A DNA stretch of 64,000 nt from an uncultured Planctomycetota bacterium (GCA_963737655.1 CAVTTN010000002.1:3520001-3584000), one strand, 5' to 3'. Numbered from the stretch's first letter, positions 20,420-31,743 are shown. A program made the numbers and translations. Notes: a model not told the origin generated them from the sequence alone.

Positions 20420-21480
20420 CGGACGGCCGCCGCCAGGGGCAAGATCGCCTCCGACGCCCCCGGTCCGAGGTTCCTCCGGGCGATCAGCTCGGCCACGATG
20501 CTCACGGCGATCTCGAAGACCGAGACCGAGCCGATGTCCAGCCCGACCGGGGCCGAGACCCGCCGGAGGGCGGCCTCGGAAACGCCGAGCTCGCGGAGGT
20601 TTTCGACGATCATCCGCACCTTGCGGCGGCTGCCGATCATCCCGACGTAGGCCGCCGAGGTCGGGGCCAGGCAGGCCAGGGCGTCCTGGTCGTGGCCGTG
20701 GCCCCGGGTCACGATCAGGGCGAAGTCGCGGAACGAGAGGTCCAGGGTGCGGAGGGTCTCGTCCATCGGCCCGACGAGGATCTTTTCGGCGGAGGGAAAT
20801 CGTTCGGGACTGGCGAACTGGCGGCGGTCATCCACGACCCAGACCCCGAACTCGGCCCGAGCCGCCAGCTCGGCCACCGCCTGGCCCACATGTCCGGCCC
20901 CCACGATCACCAGGCGCACCCGGGGCGACCAGGGAAGGTACGCCACCCCGCCGCGAACCGCCGGCGTGGGTCGATTGCCGAGGAGCCCGGACGCGGTCCT
21001 CACCGACGACGCATCGGCCGGGAAGCTCGTTAGGGGCTCGCCCGAGACGTCCAGGATCGCCCGATCGCCGACCCGACCGGCCGCCGGATCGACCACGATG
21101 GCCTCGGTGAAGCCCCGGCCGGAGTCGTCCGCCGCCAGCATCGCCCGGAAATACTCGGCGGCACCGGCGCCCTTCAACGCTTCCACCAGGACCGCCAGCT
21201 TCCCTCCGCAGACCAGGCCGTCGGCCCAGGCGGCGTCATGATCGAGGAGGTAATTCTGGATCTCGGCGCCCTCGCGACCCAGGAGCCGCAAGGCCTTCTG
21301 CTTCACCTCGGCCTCGACGCATCCGCCGCCCAGGGTGCCGATCTGGCCGCCGTCGGGGTCAACCAGCATTCGTGCCCCGGCCTTTTGAGGGGTCGAGCCC
21401 CTGGTCTCCACGACCTGGCAATGCAGGACCTCCCGGCCCTGTTCGAGCGCCGAGACGAGGCGGGTCAGGACGTCGCGCAT
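20416..21480 (-). CDS. XdhC/CoxI family molybdoenzyme maturation protein
   Basis: GSTPQKAGARM, GTLGGGCVE, GAGHVG, TRGHGHD, YVGMIGSRRK, PVGLDIG. Confidence 0.9.
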   Translation of the reverse strand: MRDVLTRLVSALEQGREVLHCQVVETRGSTPQKAGARMLVDPDGGQIGTLGGGCVEAEVKQKALRLLGREGAEIQNYLLDHDAAWADGLVCGGKLAVLVEALKGAGAAEYFRAMLAADDSGRGFTEAIVVDPAAGRVGDRAILDVSGEPLTSFPADASSVRTASGLLGNRPTPAVRGGVAYLPWSPRVRLVIVGAGHVGQAVAELAARAEFGVWVVDDRRQFASPERFPSAEKILVGPMDETLRTLDLSFRDFALIVTRGHGHDQDALACLAPTSAAYVGMIGSRRKVRMIVENLRELGVSEAALRRVSAPVGLDIGSVSVFEIAVSIVAELIARRNLGPGASEAILPLAAAVR

Positions 21481-21673
21481 CGGGAAAAGCACCATCCGGG
21501 GACATTTGCGGGGAGATCGATCGAGCGTAGCCGGTCGCGAGGCCGGCGACAAGCCGTCGAAATCCATCCGCCGCGAGGCCCTGCCTTGCGGAGCCGGCCC
21601 TCGGCCGATACGCTCGATCGACCCGGCCCGTCCCCGCCCTCGGCGGGCCATTCTCGCGACCTGGCACCCTCTC

Positions 21674-22600
21674 GTGACCCGTCTCACTCCCCTCCGCCGC
21701 TCGGGGCGCGGCTTCACGTTGGTGGAGATCCTCGTCGTCCTGGCGATCCTGGGCGTCCTGATCGCCCTGCTGATGCCGGCCGTCCAGGCGGCCCGGGAGG
21801 CCGCCCGACGCGCCGGGTGCGGCGATCACCTCCGGCAGATGGGCATCGCCCTGCACGCGTACCACGACGCCGTCGGCGCGTTCCCGCCCGGCTACGTGGC
21901 GGTCCGCGAGACGAACCCCCTCCAATCCGCCCCGGGATGGGGCTGGGCCTCGCGAATCCTCCCGGAGCTGGAGGCCCGCCCGCTGTTCGACTCGATCAAC
22001 TTCGACTTGCCGGTGGCCGATCCGGCGAACGAGACCTCGCGGACCGCCCAGGTGGCGGCATTCGTCTGCCCGGCCGACGTGAAGACGGGCCCGTTCTACG
22101 TCCTGAGGACCGATCGGAGCCGCCTGACCGACGCGTCGTCGCCCAGTTACGCCGCCTGCTTCGGCCAGGCTGGCGACCCCACCGACGACCCCGAGGCCGG
22201 CGACGGCCTGTTCGTTCGCAACCTCGCCCGGAGGATCGCGGAGGTCACCGACGGCACCAGCGCGACGATCGCCCTCGGAGATCGCGGCTCGATCCTCTCA
22301 AGAGCCCCCTGGGCCGGGGTGATCAACGGCGCGGCCCTGTTCGTGACGCCCGGCATCGCCAGCCAGAGCCAGACGGTCCGCCGGGGGGCCTATCAGGTGC
22401 TCGCGCAGGTCGGGATTCACCCGTTGAACTCGACCGATTCCGACCCCGCCGACTTCTTCGGCCCCCATCCCGGAGGCGCCCAGTTCCTCCTGGCCGACGG
22501 CTCCTCCCGGTTTCTCAGGAGCACGATCGACCCGAACGTGTTCCGGGCCCTGGCCAGCCGATCGGGGGGCGAGGTGATCTCGGCCGAGGGGATCTGGTAA
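21674..22600 (+). CDS. DUF1559 prepilin-type protein
   Basis: GFTLVEILVVLAILG...PAVQAAREAARR and the C-terminal H-X9-DG motif (HPGGAQFLLADG). Confidence 0.9.
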   Translation: MTRLTPLRRSGRGFTLVEILVVLAILGVLIALLMPAVQAAREAARRAGCGDHLRQMGIALHAYHDAVGAFPPGYVAVRETNPLQSAPGWGWASRILPELEARPLFDSINFDLPVADPANETSRTAQVAAFVCPADVKTGPFYVLRTDRSRLTDASSPSYAACFGQAGDPTDDPEAGDGLFVRNLARRIAEVTDGTSATIALGDRGSILSRAPWAGVINGAALFVTPGIASQSQTVRRGAYQVLAQVGIHPLNSTDSDPADFFGPHPGGAQFLLADGSSRFLRSTIDPNVFRALASRSGGEVISAEGIW

Positions 22601-22658
22601 GATCCGGGCCTCGCGAACCTCGATCGAGACCTCCCGGAGCGGGCCCCGCTCGATCCTC

Positions 22659-23249
22659 ATGACGACTTCGCCCCATCTGATTCTCGCCAGCGCCTCCCCC
22701 CGGCGAAAGCAGCTCCTGAGGGACTCCGGCTATTCGATCGAGGTCGATCCCTCGGGCATCGACGAGCCCGAGCCGAGCGGGCCGACCGACGTCCGGCTCT
22801 ACGTGGCCGAGCTCGCCTGGCGGAAGGCGTTCACGGTGGCCTCGCGCCGCTCGGATGGGCTGATCCTCGCCGCCGATACCGCCTGCGCCGTCGCCGGGGA
22901 GATCCTCAACAAGCCGATCGACCGCGACGACGCCGATCGGATGATCCGGCTCCAGGAAGGGCGGGATACGGACGTGGTCACGGGATTGATCCTGTTCCGG
23001 GTCGAGACCGCGGACTGGGTCGGCGCGATCGAGACCAGCACCGTCCATTTCCGGAGGCTGACCGACGCCGAACGGCTCGACCATCTCGACTCCCGGCGAT
23101 GGGAAGGCAAGGCCGGGGCCTACGGGGTCCAGGACCAGGACGACTACATCCGGGTGGTCCGGGGGAGCTGGTCGAACGTGGTCGGCCTGCCGATGGAACG
23201 GCTCGCGAAACTCCTGGCGGATCACCCGTCGCTCCGCGATCCTCGTTGA
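22659..23249 (+). CDS. maf: Maf family nucleoside triphosphate pyrophosphatase
   Basis: LILASASPRR, AADT, KAGAYGVQ, NVVGLP. Confidence 0.92.
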   Translation: MTTSPHLILASASPRRKQLLRDSGYSIEVDPSGIDEPEPSGPTDVRLYVAELAWRKAFTVASRRSDGLILAADTACAVAGEILNKPIDRDDADRMIRLQEGRDTDVVTGLILFRVETADWVGAIETSTVHFRRLTDAERLDHLDSRRWEGKAGAYGVQDQDDYIRVVRGSWSNVVGLPMERLAKLLADHPSLRDPR

Positions 23250-23316
23250 TCAAAGGCGGCTGAAGTTGCTACGCTGAACGGCGGGGAGCCCGACCGCCGA
23301 CCCGAAGAGGACCGCG

Positions 23317-24372
23317 ATGACGACCATGGATACCGTCGAAACGTCCGCCGTCCCTCTCCCCAGGCGGCTAGTCCGGGTCTGGGCCTTGCCCCTGGTCCTG
23401 GGGACCGTCCTGGCCGGGGCCTTCCTGATCTTCCAGAGGGCCAAGGCGCCGATGAACCAGGCGATCGAGCCCCGGCCGGCCCGGATCGACGGCGACCGCG
23501 CGTATGACTACCTCAAGAAGCTCTGTGCCTTCGGGCCCCGCAAGGGCGGCTCGGCCGCCAACACGAAGCAGAGGGAGTACGTCGCGGCCCACTTCAAGGC
23601 GAACGGGGCGACGCTCAAGGAGCAAAAGTTCCGGGCCCCGGACTATGCGATCCCGAGGCGGCCGGTCGTGGCCGAGATGGTCAACCTGATCGGCTCGTGG
23701 CACCCGGAGAGGACCGAGCGCGTCGTGATCGCCGCGCATTACGACACCCGCCCCTATCCCGACATGGAACCGGACCCGGACCGCCGAAAAGGGCCGTTCC
23801 TCGGCGCCAACGACGGCGCATCGGGCGTGGCCGTGCTGATGGAGATCGCCAACAGCCTGAAGGACTTCGAGACGCCCTGGGGCGTGGACCTCGTCCTCCT
23901 CGACGGCGAGGAATTGCTCTACGAGTTGGACGACGGTTCGCGCCTCGGCGAATTCTTCCTCGGCTCCAAGGAGTTCGGCCGGAGGTACAAGGCCGAGAAA
24001 CGGACCGGCAAGACCCGATACGTCGCCGGGTTCGTCCTGGACATGGTCGGCGACCGCGAATTGACGATCCCGATGGAGCCGATGAGCCTGAAGCTGGCCG
24101 GGGGCCTGGTCCGCGAGGTCTGGACGGTCGCCGGGAAGGTGGACGCCCCGGCCTTCGTGGACAACGTGGGCCGGGAGGTCATGGACGATCACCTCCCGAT
24201 GAACGACGCCGGAATCCCCACCATCGACATCATCGATTTCGACTACCCGCAATGGCACACCGCCGACGACCTGCCCGAATTCTGCTCGGCCGACAGCCTG
24301 GCGCAGGTCGGGCGAGTGGTCACGGGCTGGCTGAGCCTGCCGCCGAAGCAGGCGGCGAAGAAGAAGCGCTAA
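23317..24372 (+). CDS. M28 family peptidase / glutaminyl cyclase-like, membrane anchored
   Basis: AHYDTRP, GANDGASGVAVL, DGEE, LDMVG, DDH, WHT..D. Confidence 0.88.
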   Translation: MTTMDTVETSAVPLPRRLVRVWALPLVLGTVLAGAFLIFQRAKAPMNQAIEPRPARIDGDRAYDYLKKLCAFGPRKGGSAANTKQREYVAAHFKANGATLKEQKFRAPDYAIPRRPVVAEMVNLIGSWHPERTERVVIAAHYDTRPYPDMEPDPDRRKGPFLGANDGASGVAVLMEIANSLKDFETPWGVDLVLLDGEELLYELDDGSRLGEFFLGSKEFGRRYKAEKRTGKTRYVAGFVLDMVGDRELTIPMEPMSLKLAGGLVREVWTVAGKVDAPAFVDNVGREVMDDHLPMNDAGIPTIDIIDFDYPQWHTADDLPEFCSADSLAQVGRVVTGWLSLPPKQAAKKKR

Positions 24373-24390
24373 TCGGCCGGGTCGCTCTTC

Positions 24391-24451
24391 GTAGGGCAGG
24401 CCTCGGCCTGCCGTCCCCCCGCCGAATGCGGCAGGCCGAGGCCTGCCCTAC
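24391..24451. repeat. GTAG-REP family C inverted pair
   Basis: GTAGGGCAGGCCTCGGCCTGCC ... GGCAGGCCGAGGCCTGCCCTAC. Confidence 0.85.
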
Positions 24452-24476
24452 CTAGAAACCGCGGATTCTTCCATCG

Positions 24477-24510
24477 AAAAGGCCCCGAGGATTCTTCCCC
24501 GGGGCCTTCT
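24477..24510. terminator. Putative (bidirectional) intrinsic terminator
   Basis: AAAAGGCCCCG...CGGGGCCTTCT hairpin between convergent genes. Confidence 0.55.
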
Positions 24511-24540
24511 CGGAATCGAACGAATGGCTTTGATGGGGCG

Positions 24541-26337
24541 TCACCGCCGCGGGTTGCCCTTGTGCTTGCCGATCGGCCCTTCGGGGGGCGGCAAGTAGCC
24601 CTTCTTCGTCCTGGCGTAGACGCCCGCGCCGAAGTCGCTGAGGACCGTCTGGTTGCCGGTGACGTACAACCGGCCGTTCTGGAGGACGCCCTTGATCTTG
24701 CCGGGACCGGCGGTGTCGTTGCCGTTGCCGTAGATCGAGTCGTTGGGCCGGTACGTCGAGGTGACGACCGAATCGACGAGGTCGCCCCTCTGCTTGTAGT
24801 GCTTGATCTGCGACTTCGCCCGGACCGGCTCCAGGCCGGCGGTGAACGACGAGTAGTCGTACCCCGTGTTGATCTCGCTGTTCTGGCTGGTCCCGACGAC
24901 GTGGACTTGCCCCTGCGACTTCGACGACACGATCGCGGCGTTGACCAGGGCCTGGCCGGGCCGAGCGTAATACTTCGTCGTCCCCTGGCGGTCGGCCTGG
25001 GCGGTGGTCGGGTCCTGTCCGGTCTGGAGGATCTGGTTGGACGGCCCGACGACCGTCTTCTTGATCTTCGTCGAGGTCACCAGGGTGCCGATCAGGCCGC
25101 GGCTCGGGTAGCCGGCCTGGGCCGCGTTGTAACCGTACTGCGTCGCGTTCAGGGGGCTTCCGACCGCGCTGCCGGCCCCCTTCAGGAGCCTCAGCCTCTT
25201 GATCGGCCCGTTGACGTCCAGGCCGAGGGCGTCGGCCGTCCCGCCGAAGTCGGCGGTGCCGAGGTGGTCCAGGCCGCTGGTCCCGTTGGCGAACGGCTGG
25301 GTGGTCTTGGCGATCGCCGGGGCCGCGTTCTGGCCGTCCTGGGCCTGGAACGGCGTGCCCGCCCGGCTGGCCGTGAGGTTCCGGGCCGACCCGGCCACGC
25401 GGAGGTGGTCGATCCCCGTCGCCCGGATGGCCGTCCGGCCGGTCACGTCGACCAGCGGGAAGTTGAACTCGAACCCGCCGGTGATCGTCTCGGCCGTGGC
25501 CGACGTGATGTTCAGCGCGTGGAGGTTGCCGTTGACCAGGATGTTCACGCTCGGGTTGGTCTGCGGCCCGAGGCCCTCCTGCGAGGTGGACGTCGAGTCG
25601 ATCACGGTGTTGAAGATGCTGTTGAGCGTGATCGTCGGCGACTGCTTGAGCGGCGTGTTCGGGTCGCCGATCTGGATCTCCAGGGGCTGGTCGGCCCCGC
25701 TGCCGTTGCCGGCCAGGTCGGTGGTGTTCTCGATGTTGTTGAAGGACAGCGTCTTGACGCCGCCCGGCAGGTAGATGGCCGGGCCCGTGTTGTTCGGCTG
25801 GCCGGGCGTCAGGTCGATCGTGTCGGTCAGGTTGAAGCCGTTCAGGATGATCGAGTGGACGCCCGTCTGGGCGATCAGGTGCTCGAACGTGATCGTCCCG
25901 GTCGTGGGGTTGATCACGTTCTGGGCGGTGGCGGTGACCTGGCCCGTCACATACGTCGTGTGGGGGTTGCTGCCGACGATCTGGATCGTGTCGAGCGAGT
26001 CGTCCAGCGCCCCGTCATTGGGCGTGGTGTCGGTCACGATCAGGTAGCCGGGGCCGTGGAGCGTCAGCGTCCATTGGTCGCCCTGCCGATCGGTCCCGTT
26101 CAGGAACCGGCCCTGGTTGTCCAGGTACGAGAGCTGCAAATCGCTCTCGCCCAGGGGGTGGGCCACTGAGATCTTGGGCAGGGACGGGTCCACGGTCCTC
26201 TGCGCCGGGGTCGCGAACGAGTAGTAATTGACCGCCCCGGGAGGCAGGGTCATGAGTTGACGGCTCTCGAGCGCCTCGAGCATCGCCGGCCGCGACGCGC
26301 CGGGTCGTCCGGCCCGGTTCCTCGTCCATCGTTTCAT
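24541..26337 (-). CDS. Secreted beta-rich protein with planctomycete N-terminal export motif
   Basis: Basic N-terminus followed by LEALESRQLMT; T/N/G-rich body. Confidence 0.75.
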   Translation of the reverse strand: MKRWTRNRAGRPGASRPAMLEALESRQLMTLPPGAVNYYSFATPAQRTVDPSLPKISVAHPLGESDLQLSYLDNQGRFLNGTDRQGDQWTLTLHGPGYLIVTDTTPNDGALDDSLDTIQIVGSNPHTTYVTGQVTATAQNVINPTTGTITFEHLIAQTGVHSIILNGFNLTDTIDLTPGQPNNTGPAIYLPGGVKTLSFNNIENTTDLAGNGSGADQPLEIQIGDPNTPLKQSPTITLNSIFNTVIDSTSTSQEGLGPQTNPSVNILVNGNLHALNITSATAETITGGFEFNFPLVDVTGRTAIRATGIDHLRVAGSARNLTASRAGTPFQAQDGQNAAPAIAKTTQPFANGTSGLDHLGTADFGGTADALGLDVNGPIKRLRLLKGAGSAVGSPLNATQYGYNAAQAGYPSRGLIGTLVTSTKIKKTVVGPSNQILQTGQDPTTAQADRQGTTKYYARPGQALVNAAIVSSKSQGQVHVVGTSQNSEINTGYDYSSFTAGLEPVRAKSQIKHYKQRGDLVDSVVTSTYRPNDSIYGNGNDTAGPGKIKGVLQNGRLYVTGNQTVLSDFGAGVYARTKKGYLPPPEGPIGKHKGNPRR

Positions 26338-26640
26338 CCGAAGACTCCCTTCGCGATGCGTACCGCGCCGTGCCCCATCGTGTCTTCGCATCCTTGCCCG
26401 TTCATCCTGGTCGGATCGTGCCGAAGGGGGCGACTCGGCCGGTCGTGACGACCTTCCTCGGCTCCAACCCATGACGGCGCAACGATCTCGGTTCACTCCA
26501 GGGATTCGGCACGGGCCGCGCGAGGGCTGAAGGGCCCTCCGTCAATTCGGCGGCCCGCGATGACGAGGACACGGCCAGGAACGGTTCGTCCGATCGGTCC
26601 GAGGACGACGGCCGGACGCGTCGCCACGACCGCAACGGCC

Positions 26641-27138
26641 TCAGCCCGCCTCGTTCGTCGCCTGACTCGCATGGAGGGCCGAATGCGCGGCCTCATCGGC
26701 CGGGCGAGTGTCGCGACCCTTCTTGACCGTCAGCTCGATCCGGTCCAGATACTTGACATTCGCGCAATCATCAAGCTCGCTCGTGTGACACGCCGACGGG
26801 TCGCGAATCAAGAACCGGACCGGCCCGCCTCGCTCGCGAGGCAGAGGGCCATCCCCGAGGCGATACACCAGGAACGCCTCCGACCGGATCGGCCCGAGCG
26901 GCACCGAGACGTGGAAATCGTCGCGAGACGCGTGGAGCGTCACGTAATTCGCCTCCGGCCTCGGCCGGGCCATCGTCAGCAACGCCTCGAACGAGACGGC
27001 GCCGCCCTCCTTCCTCGAAGGGAACCCCGACACGTCGCGGACCTGGTCCTCGTCCGGAATCGCCGAGAAATCCTCGAAGGCCAGCCGCAACGGGCGTTCC
27101 ACCGCGCCATCGACGATCAACGAAACGCTCGGTTCCAT
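26641..27138 (-). CDS. Molybdopterin-dependent oxidoreductase-like small protein
   Basis: LIVDGAVERPLRL, PLPRERGGPVRF, ANVKYLDRIEL. Own RBS (GGAGAAG) and a TGATG junction at 27136-27140. Confidence 0.7.
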   Translation of the reverse strand: MEPSVSLIVDGAVERPLRLAFEDFSAIPDEDQVRDVSGFPSRKEGGAVSFEALLTMARPRPEANYVTLHASRDDFHVSVPLGPIRSEAFLVYRLGDGPLPRERGGPVRFLIRDPSACHTSELDDCANVKYLDRIELTVKKGRDTRPADEAAHSALHASQATNEAG

Positions 27139-28125
27139 CACGCTTCTCCTTCCGAGGAGACGAACGGGTCGCCCGAATCCCTCGCGCCGGGCCAGGACGA
27201 TGGCGCCCGAGATCGGCTCTTCGACCCTCCGGGCCACCGTCGCGAACCCCGATCGCGCCAGCCCCTGCCGAAGGGCCCGGGACACCGGCTCGGACGACAG
27301 CACGAACCCTCCGGCGATCGCCAGGGGCAGCCCCTCGCGAGCCAGTCCCAGCCGCTCGGCCACGGCCCGGGCGGCGTCGGCCAGCCCCTCCCCGGCGGGT
27401 TCCAGGAGTTCACGGACGATCGCCGGATCGGATTTCGACGCCCTGACGACCGCCCCGGCCAGCGCCGCGATCCGGGAGCGATCGAACCCCGGGCCATAGA
27501 TCGTGCTGACCAGGCCCGACGGGTCCGCCACCCCGGCGGCCGAGCAAATCAAGGAGGTTAAGATGTCTCCATGAGTCCCGCCGGGAAGCCGCCCATCGAA
27601 CCGCCCGGCCACCCGCCGCAACGCGGCCACGGCCACGCCGTATCCGCTGCCTTCGTCCCCGAAAACGTGGCCCCAACCGCCCGCTCGGGCGGTCCGGCCG
27701 TCGGGCGATCGTCCGACCGCGATCGAGCCGGTCCCGGCGATCACCGCCACGCCCCAGCCCTCGGGCGTGCCGGCGGCGAGCACCAGCTCGCCATCGTTCA
27801 CCAGGATCAGCCGATCGAAGAGCCCCGCCGATTCGCCCCACTCGACGAAGACTTCCCGGTCCTCGGGCCGATCGATGCCCGCGAGGCCCAGGCACGCCAC
27901 CTCCGCCCCTCGGACCGGCCGACCGGTCGCCGCAAAGGCCTTCTGGATGGCCGATTCCAGCGCCATCAAGGCCGCCGAAAGCCCCACGGCCTTGATGTTC
28001 GACGCCCGATCCTCGACCCCGCGGCCGATCACGTTCCCCGCCTCGTCGGCGACCCACGCCACGGTCTTCGTCCCGCCGCCATCGACGCCCAGGAGGGGCG
28101 CGCGAACCCCGGGTGGAACCGTCAC
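27138..28125 (-). CDS. BadF/BadG/BcrA/BcrD ATPase family sugar kinase (N-acetylglucosamine kinase-like)
   Basis: GVDGGGTKT, LGLAGID, IAGTGSI, GGWGHVFGDEGSG. Reads in frame into the downstream gene as sequenced. Confidence 0.85.
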
Positions 28126-28309
28126 GACCGGGCCTCCTCGCCGATCGAGCAGGGTCGTGGCGGAGCCATGAGGCGGGGCGGCGGAACGATCATCGGCGTC
28201 TCTGGTCTTCGATCGGGATCAGTCACCGGCCCGTCGGTGACGGCGCCCCCAATCATCTCCGCGCGGGCGGGAGGTTTCAACGGGTCGAGGCGGCTCGGTC
28301 GTCGGAACC

Positions 28310-28927
28310 TCAATGGATGGCCCGTCCGAACATCGAGAAGAGAAGACCCAGGAGGAGCCACAGGGCCAGGAGCGCGGTCCCCGCCCACTCGATCCACCCG
28401 CGAGGGCGGAGGCGGCGGCGTCCCAGGGCGACGAGGCCCCAGGCCACGAGCCCCGCGACCGCCACATGCTGGGCGTCGCGGCTCAGGCTCCCCAGGCAGC
28501 GCACCGGCCAGGTGCTCGGCGGATAGTTATCGAGGAGCCTCGCCATCGATCCGCCATAATCCCGGAACAGCGAGACGACCAGCAAGAAGGCGAAATTCAC
28601 GGGGATCAGCAGCACCACGAACGATCCAGCCAGGCAAGCCGCGACGCCCGGCGACCGAACGGCCTTCCGCAACGGCGTTCGGAGCAGTCCCAGGACCGCC
28701 AGGCCGAGCGTCCACGCTGCGGGGATCGGCAGGAACGGCTCCAGCTCGATCGCGAGGACCGCGAAGAAGTCCCCCGGGCTGAGCGGCTCGATCGGCGACG
28801 ACAGGAACCAGCGATGGAACAACACCCGGGTGCCGCCGAGACCCAGGGCCGTGGCGGCGATCAGCACCAGGCCATCGAGCAGGGTGAACCGGTTGTTTCG
28901 GTCGCGCGTCCGGCCCCGAGCCGCCAT
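28310..28927 (-). CDS. Hypothetical membrane protein
   Basis: RFTLLDGLVLIAATALG, PG.AAC and WIEWAG motifs; several TM segments. Confidence 0.65.
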   Translation of the reverse strand: MAARGRTRDRNNRFTLLDGLVLIAATALGLGGTRVLFHRWFLSSPIEPLSPGDFFAVLAIELEPFLPIPAAWTLGLAVLGLLRTPLRKAVRSPGVAACLAGSFVVLLIPVNFAFLLVVSLFRDYGGSMARLLDNYPPSTWPVRCLGSLSRDAQHVAVAGLVAWGLVALGRRRLRPRGWIEWAGTALLALWLLLGLLFSMFGRAIH

Positions 28928-29011
28928 GAGAACGCCTCCCCCTGTCTTGATCCTGCGAATGGCCCGATTCTCGACCGTCGCGAAGGACCCAGCCGAGCCG
29001 AAGGATTCGGA

Positions 29012-29962
29012 TCATCGGCCCTTCGAGACGAATTTCAACCCGGCCATCCGGGCCTGGAGCCGGACCAGGGCGGAGTCCGAGATTCGGGTGTCTCCGCAGA
29101 AGAGGGTGCCCAGGTTCCGGCACGATTCGAGATGCGTCAGGCCCTCGTCCCCCACGGGATTGTTGGAGATGTCCAGGAACACCAGGCCATCCCGCCCTCT
29201 CAGGGAGCCGAGCATCTCGTCCGTCACGTCGGACTCGGTCACGGCGAGCCTCTTGAGCCGAGGCAGCGACGCGAGCGGCACCAGCCCGTTGTGCCCGAGT
29301 CGGGCCCGGCTCAGGCCGACGAACTCCAGGTTGCTCAGCTGGCCCAGGGCGAGGATGCCATCGTCGTCGAACGAACATGAATAAAAACTAATCACAGAAA
29401 GGCGTTTCATTCGTCCAATGGATTTCATCCCATTGCCGGAAAGATCCATCCGATGGAGTTCCAGCGCGGTCACTTCGGGGAATCCCGCCAGATCAGCCAG
29501 GCCGAGCTCCGTGACGGTCGGGTCGTGGAGGGTGACGAATCGCAGGCCGGGGAGGTCCCGGAGGGCCGCGATCCCGGCGTCGCCCAGGCGGACGTTGGCC
29601 GAGAGCTCGACGTGGGCCACTCTCCCAAGCCTCCCGATCGACCGGATCGTGTCCGTCGTGATCCTCGGGCCGATCAGGGCCACCGACGCCGGATACTGAG
29701 CCATCCGTCGGACCCAGGACGGGAGATAGCCCTGATGGTTGCGGACCCATTGCGGGTCGTCGTACCGGACCAGCCCGCCCGCGTCCTCGATCTCGGCCGC
29801 GGCCCTCTGCTGATCGATGGCCCGGTAGGCATAGACGGTGAAGAACGCCAGGAGGACGCCGCCGACGATCAGAAGACGCACGGCCATCCTCGACTTCGGC
29901 AGCCTGCGGAGGAAATCGGCTAGCTGCCGGAGCCTTCCCGGACGTTGTATTCCAGTTTCCAT
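29012..29962 (-). CDS. Leucine-rich repeat protein with N-terminal TM anchor
   Basis: Repeated ~24-aa LxxLxLxxxxV(T/G)DxGL units. Confidence 0.8.
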   Translation of the reverse strand: METGIQRPGRLRQLADFLRRLPKSRMAVRLLIVGGVLLAFFTVYAYRAIDQQRAAAEIEDAGGLVRYDDPQWVRNHQGYLPSWVRRMAQYPASVALIGPRITTDTIRSIGRLGRVAHVELSANVRLGDAGIAALRDLPGLRFVTLHDPTVTELGLADLAGFPEVTALELHRMDLSGNGMKSIGRMKRLSVISFYSCSFDDDGILALGQLSNLEFVGLSRARLGHNGLVPLASLPRLKRLAVTESDVTDEMLGSLRGRDGLVFLDISNNPVGDEGLTHLESCRNLGTLFCGDTRISDSALVRLQARMAGLKFVSKGR

Positions 29963-31730
29963 CGATGTTCATCCCGGGTGGACTGGCACCAGAGGTCGAG
30001 CGTCCCCACGGCCGTGACCTGCGAAAGGAGCTTCACCGGGACCACGTCCCCCTCCCGGCCGTCCTCGACGCCGAGTGATGTCTCCAGGGGGTCGAGCTCC
30101 TGGAGCTCCTCGGGCGCCCAGCGATCCAGGACGGTGCCGATCTTGTCGTCCCGGCGGACCGTCGAGCCGAGGAAGCGGAACTCGGCGGGCTCGCCGACGA
30201 CGAGGCCGAACTCCGGGCCGGGGACGGCCGCCTCGGTCCCTTCTTCCATGCCCATCGGCACCACGCAGAGGGCCTTGATCGGCGGCTTGACCCCCGGGAC
30301 GGCCGGCGCCGCGGTCTCGATCCCGATGTAATAGGCCCGGGGGACGCCCCCTCGGATGCGAATCCCCTTGCCCTGCCGGACCAGCCCGTAATACGCCGCG
30401 CCGTGGGCCACGGCCAGATCCAGGTCGGCCGCCTCAAGCTGGGGGATCGCCCGGCCCGACCATCCCGAGAGCACCTCGACGACTCGCTCTCGCAACGGAC
30501 CGGCCTGGAACACCCCGCCGTTGAACAGGACGGCCGACGGATGGATGGCCTCGCCCGACGAGTGCAACGAGCCGGCCTGACGGCTCAGGAACCGGGCGAG
30601 ATGCCGGGTGATCGCCGGATCGGCCGCGTAGGGCAGGCCGATCTCGGTCAGGCCGACCCGTCGGCCTCGCGCCGGGGCGTCGGTCGGGCGCATTTGGGGA
30701 AGAAGCCGTCGAGCAGGACCGCGTTCAGGGTCTCGCGGTCGAGCTCCGTCTTCACCGAACCGCCCACGACCTTCGAACCGCGTCCCAGGACGGCCACCGG
30801 CGCCGTGGCCTTCTGAGGGTGGCCGAAGAGCGTTTCCTTGGCCGACCGGCAGGAATACGTCAATGCGATCTTCTGCGAGGCGTCGAGCGCCTCCATCCCC
30901 CCGGGCAGGGTATTGGCGACGGCGTGGGCCAGGGCGAGGTCCATGTTGTCGCCGCCCAACAGAATGTGCTCCCCCACGGCCAGCCTGGTCAATTCGAGGT
31001 CGCCGTTCGTCTCGGTCACGCCGATCAGGGTGAAGTCGGTGGTCCCTCCGCCGACGTCGCAAACCAGCAAGATGTCGCCGACCTTGACTCGCTTCCGCCA
31101 GTCGTCCGACTTCGCCGCCAGCCACGCATAGAATGCCGCTTGCGGTTCTTCGAGGAGCGTCACGTTCACAAGACCGGCGGCCCGGGCGGCCTCGATGGTC
31201 AACTCGCGGGCCGAGGCGTCGAACGAGGCGGGGACGGTCAGCAAGATTTCCTGCTTGCCCAGGCGGTCTTCCGCGGCCTTGCCGATCGAGGCGTTCCACG
31301 AGTCTCGCAGGTGGGCGAGATAGGCCGAACTCGCCTCGACGGGCGAGACCCGATCGACGTCCGGCGGGGCGTTGAACGGCAGGATCTTGGTCTTGCGATC
31401 GACGCCCGAATGCGAGAGCCAGCTCTTGGCCGACGCGACGAGGCGGCCCGGCACCTTCGCGCCGTGATCTCGGGCGAAGGTGCCGACCACGCTCTCGGTC
31501 TTCTTCTTCCAGGGCAGGTCGAGCGAGCCCGAGGGGAATTCGCCGCTCGCCGGCAGATACAGGAACGACGGCAGGACGGCCCGATCGGCGACCTCGCCCG
31601 GCCCGATCACCTGGGGGATGGGCAGGGCCCGGATCGTGGCCGGGCGGTCTTCGGTGGCGTCGCGGAGGTCCGCATAGGCCAGGGCCGAGTTGGTGGTCCC
31701 CAGGTCGATGCCGACGACGAATCGGGCCAT
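29920..31730 (-). CDS. Hsp70/DnaK-like protein (short type); apparent frameshift near 30687
   Basis: GIDLGTTNS, TVPASFD, LLEEPQAA, DVGGGTTDF, LGGDNMD. Continues in a second frame with GLPYAADPAIT...VLFNGG...AVAHGAAYY. Confidence 0.88.
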
Positions 31731-31743
31731 GATCCACCCCGGG

